A stretch of 64,000 nt of DNA from Paraspadella gotoi. Lineage: Eukaryota; Animalia; Chaetognatha. The notes beneath the pieces are model-generated. The model made no database searches. It was not told the DNA's origin and saw only the letters and a list, made by a program, of their open reading frames with translations. Positions 61,877-64,000 of this stretch are shown in pieces. The position numbers and the translations under genes are program-made. The stretch lies in the NCBI GenBank assembly GCA_051294375.1, contig CM119269.1, positions 19,815,936 through 19,879,935 of the forward strand. The letters run 5' to 3'. The stretch's first letter is position 1. Each line of letters opens with the position of its first letter.

Positions 61877-62043
61877 TTTAGAGAGAAAAAGAATTTATTT
61901 GTGCAACAACGACTTTTATTGTTAATAACATGTTTCGACTTTTGTACAAGTCTTCTTCAGTGCTTATAAGCAAAAGTCGAAACATGTATGTATATTAACA
62001 ATAAAAGTCGTTGTTGCACAAAGAAATTATTTTTCTCTCTAAA
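61877..62043. mobile_element. Palindromic element with a hammerhead motif (complete on minus strand 61927-61960, partial on plus)
   Basis: Arms TTTAGAGAGAAAAA..ATTT.TTTGTGCAACAACGACTTTTATTGTTAATA and its reverse complement. Minus strand reads CTGAAGA-A-GACTT-gtacaa-AAGTC-GAAAC-AT-GTT. Confidence 0.75.
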
Positions 62044-62254
62044 TCTTATCACACAACAAAAGAAAGAAATAACACAGTGTCTACAAACTTTTTTAAAAAT
62101 TCACCCTCATTAGCGAAATTGTAATATAAGATTAAGTTTTTAAAATTTATTTTCTTTATGCTACTAAATCTAAATAAACAGATTTGATAAGTAGAGAAAC
62201 GTACCTATTTTTAGCTACACGGAGAGCAATACCTAATAAGTTAGCTTGTTGCTT

Positions 62255-62287
<33 letters not shown>

Positions 62288-63714
62288 TCGTCGAACCCCG
62301 CTTTTAATTTCAACTCGAACAAATTCTTCCTTTTTTTTGTTGTTAAATTAAAAACTTGAAATTCTAAACGACTCGAATCTCCCCCCCCCTCGTCATGAAC
62401 TCCACTTTTGTTAGGCGAAAATAAATCGCAACTTAAAATTTTCAGATTTCGAACATAACTTACCTTTTGTTTCGCTTTGATTTATCCCAAATTTAATTCC
62501 TACTAATTTATTTCTGATCTGCGAGTTGTTGGAAAAATTAACAATGAAAACAAAATGAAAAACACAAAGATCTTTGTATTCGTTGCACGATTTTTCGATT
62601 TTGATTATATTTTTAAAAAAAATCGTGTGGCGATTCGATTTTTACCGAGTATACGTAGACATTTTTTTTAATTCTTCTTCACTTCGCCGACAGCGGTTGC
62701 CGGTTTTTGTTTTTGTTTTGTTCTTTTTTGTTTTTTTTTAATATTCAAAGTACTTCACATTTCTAACAGGAATTTATGTATTAGGTTGTACTAGATAAAG
62801 ATTATAAGAGATAAGAGAGAGATATATGAGTTTCCGCGCCATCGAAGTAAGGTCAAGAGAACGACGGCAATAGTCGATGCCAAAAGGTAAGTTTGAGTTA
62901 AGACACAAAGAGCGAAAAAAAAAGAGGTGAGTTATTCGAAAGGAAAAGAGGGCGAGGATCGAAGGGAGAAAAACAGGTTTTAGGAGACGACGCTGATGAC
63001 GACGACGACGACGACGACGACGACGATGCAGATTGCGCCGAAGAGAATCGAGAAAAAAAATGATGACGAATCGACCCATTTTAGGTGGAGGAGGATGAGG
63101 AGGATGAAGAGGGAGTAAAAGAGGAGGAGGAAGAGGAGAGACAGGAGGAGGAGAAAAGAGAGAAATCTATGAAACATTAGGTTTTTTTTTATTCTAAATC
63201 GCTAAAGAAGACAGCGAGAATAATTGGGAAACAAAAAAACAAAACAAAAAAACAAAACAAAAAAACACAATGAGATAAAAACAAGTAGAAATATTATTAA
63301 GCGATGATAAGGGGAAATAATGAAGAAGTAAGCTAAGCCCTGTTGGAAAGAAGTCAAAAAAGAAAGTACAGTTCGATATTTAGATAGAAAGAGAGAGAAA
63401 AAAACTGAGAGAAAGAGATAGATAGAGAGAGAGAGGGAAAGAGAAAGAGAGGGTTAAATCGAGGGTGTAACTTTTAGGGATTTTATTATCAATGCAAAAA
63501 AGACTCATTTAAAATCTCAAATAACCAACAAAGTTACAAATTTTTTTTGCTTTATTCTTTTTGAATATTTCAGCACTTAAGGTTATCTTTTTATCTACTA
63601 TTTTATTTCTTGGTTTGTCTCCCCATTTCTTTATCTCCACAACCTCGAATTCCCAACGCAACAATAGAGTTTTCTCCCCACCTCATCTCAGCGTCATTCC
63701 ATTGAGAATGGTGA

Positions 63715-63747
<33 letters not shown>

Positions 63748-63962
63748 TTGTCTTCCCCGGGGGCGTGACATCAACGAAGATTCTTTTGGGGAGAGGAAGG
63801 TCGTCGGGTGGATCTTGGTCGGTGAAGATATTCGAACAATTGGGTGAGAGAGAGAAAGAGAGTTGGGGGGCCGAGGAAGTGTGATAAGGGAGAGAGAGTA
63901 AACGAGAGAGAGGAGAGGGAGAGAGGAGTAGAGAAGAAAGGGAGAGAGAGAGAGAGAGGGAG

Positions 63963-63994
<32 letters not shown>

Positions 63995-64000
63995 GGAGAG

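Overview
This is AT-rich, microsatellite-dense invertebrate animal genomic DNA with GT-AG spliceosomal introns, N-gaps and indel-rich long-read-quality segments; I see no prokaryotic features. The main content is a cluster of immunoglobulin-superfamily (IgSF) genes. (i) The 5' exons of a Lachesin/DIP/IgLON-like gene lie on the minus strand at ~9.2k to 7.4k. (ii) A six-exon type I membrane IgSF receptor (minus, ~39.8k to 30.4k) has about 4 Ig-like domains, a TM helix, a Tyr-containing tail and a C-terminal ETGV PDZ-type motif. (iii) A mirror-image copy of that gene forms the right arm of a ~16.6 kb palindrome (31,550-48,174). (iv) A diverged paralog lies on the minus strand at 54.9k to 53.4k. 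The most striking observation is that the two palindrome arms are essentially substitution-free over ~8 kb, except in the exon for the N-terminal domain. There about 20 codons differ, all changing amino acids, in a mosaic with the paralog. This is the pattern expected of a hypervariable, gene-converted recognition receptor, but consensus mixing during assembly must be excluded. Also present are a two-exon XK-related multipass membrane gene (59.3-61.8k), a decayed Penelope-like GIY-YIG fragment, several palindromic elements with minimal hammerhead ribozyme motifs, a deep nest of hAT/Tc1-type MITEs, a CCA-ended tRNA-Leu 3' half, a 7-copy minisatellite, and a ~7.4 kb tandem duplication that is probably an assembly artefact. 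All alignments and counts were done by eye.
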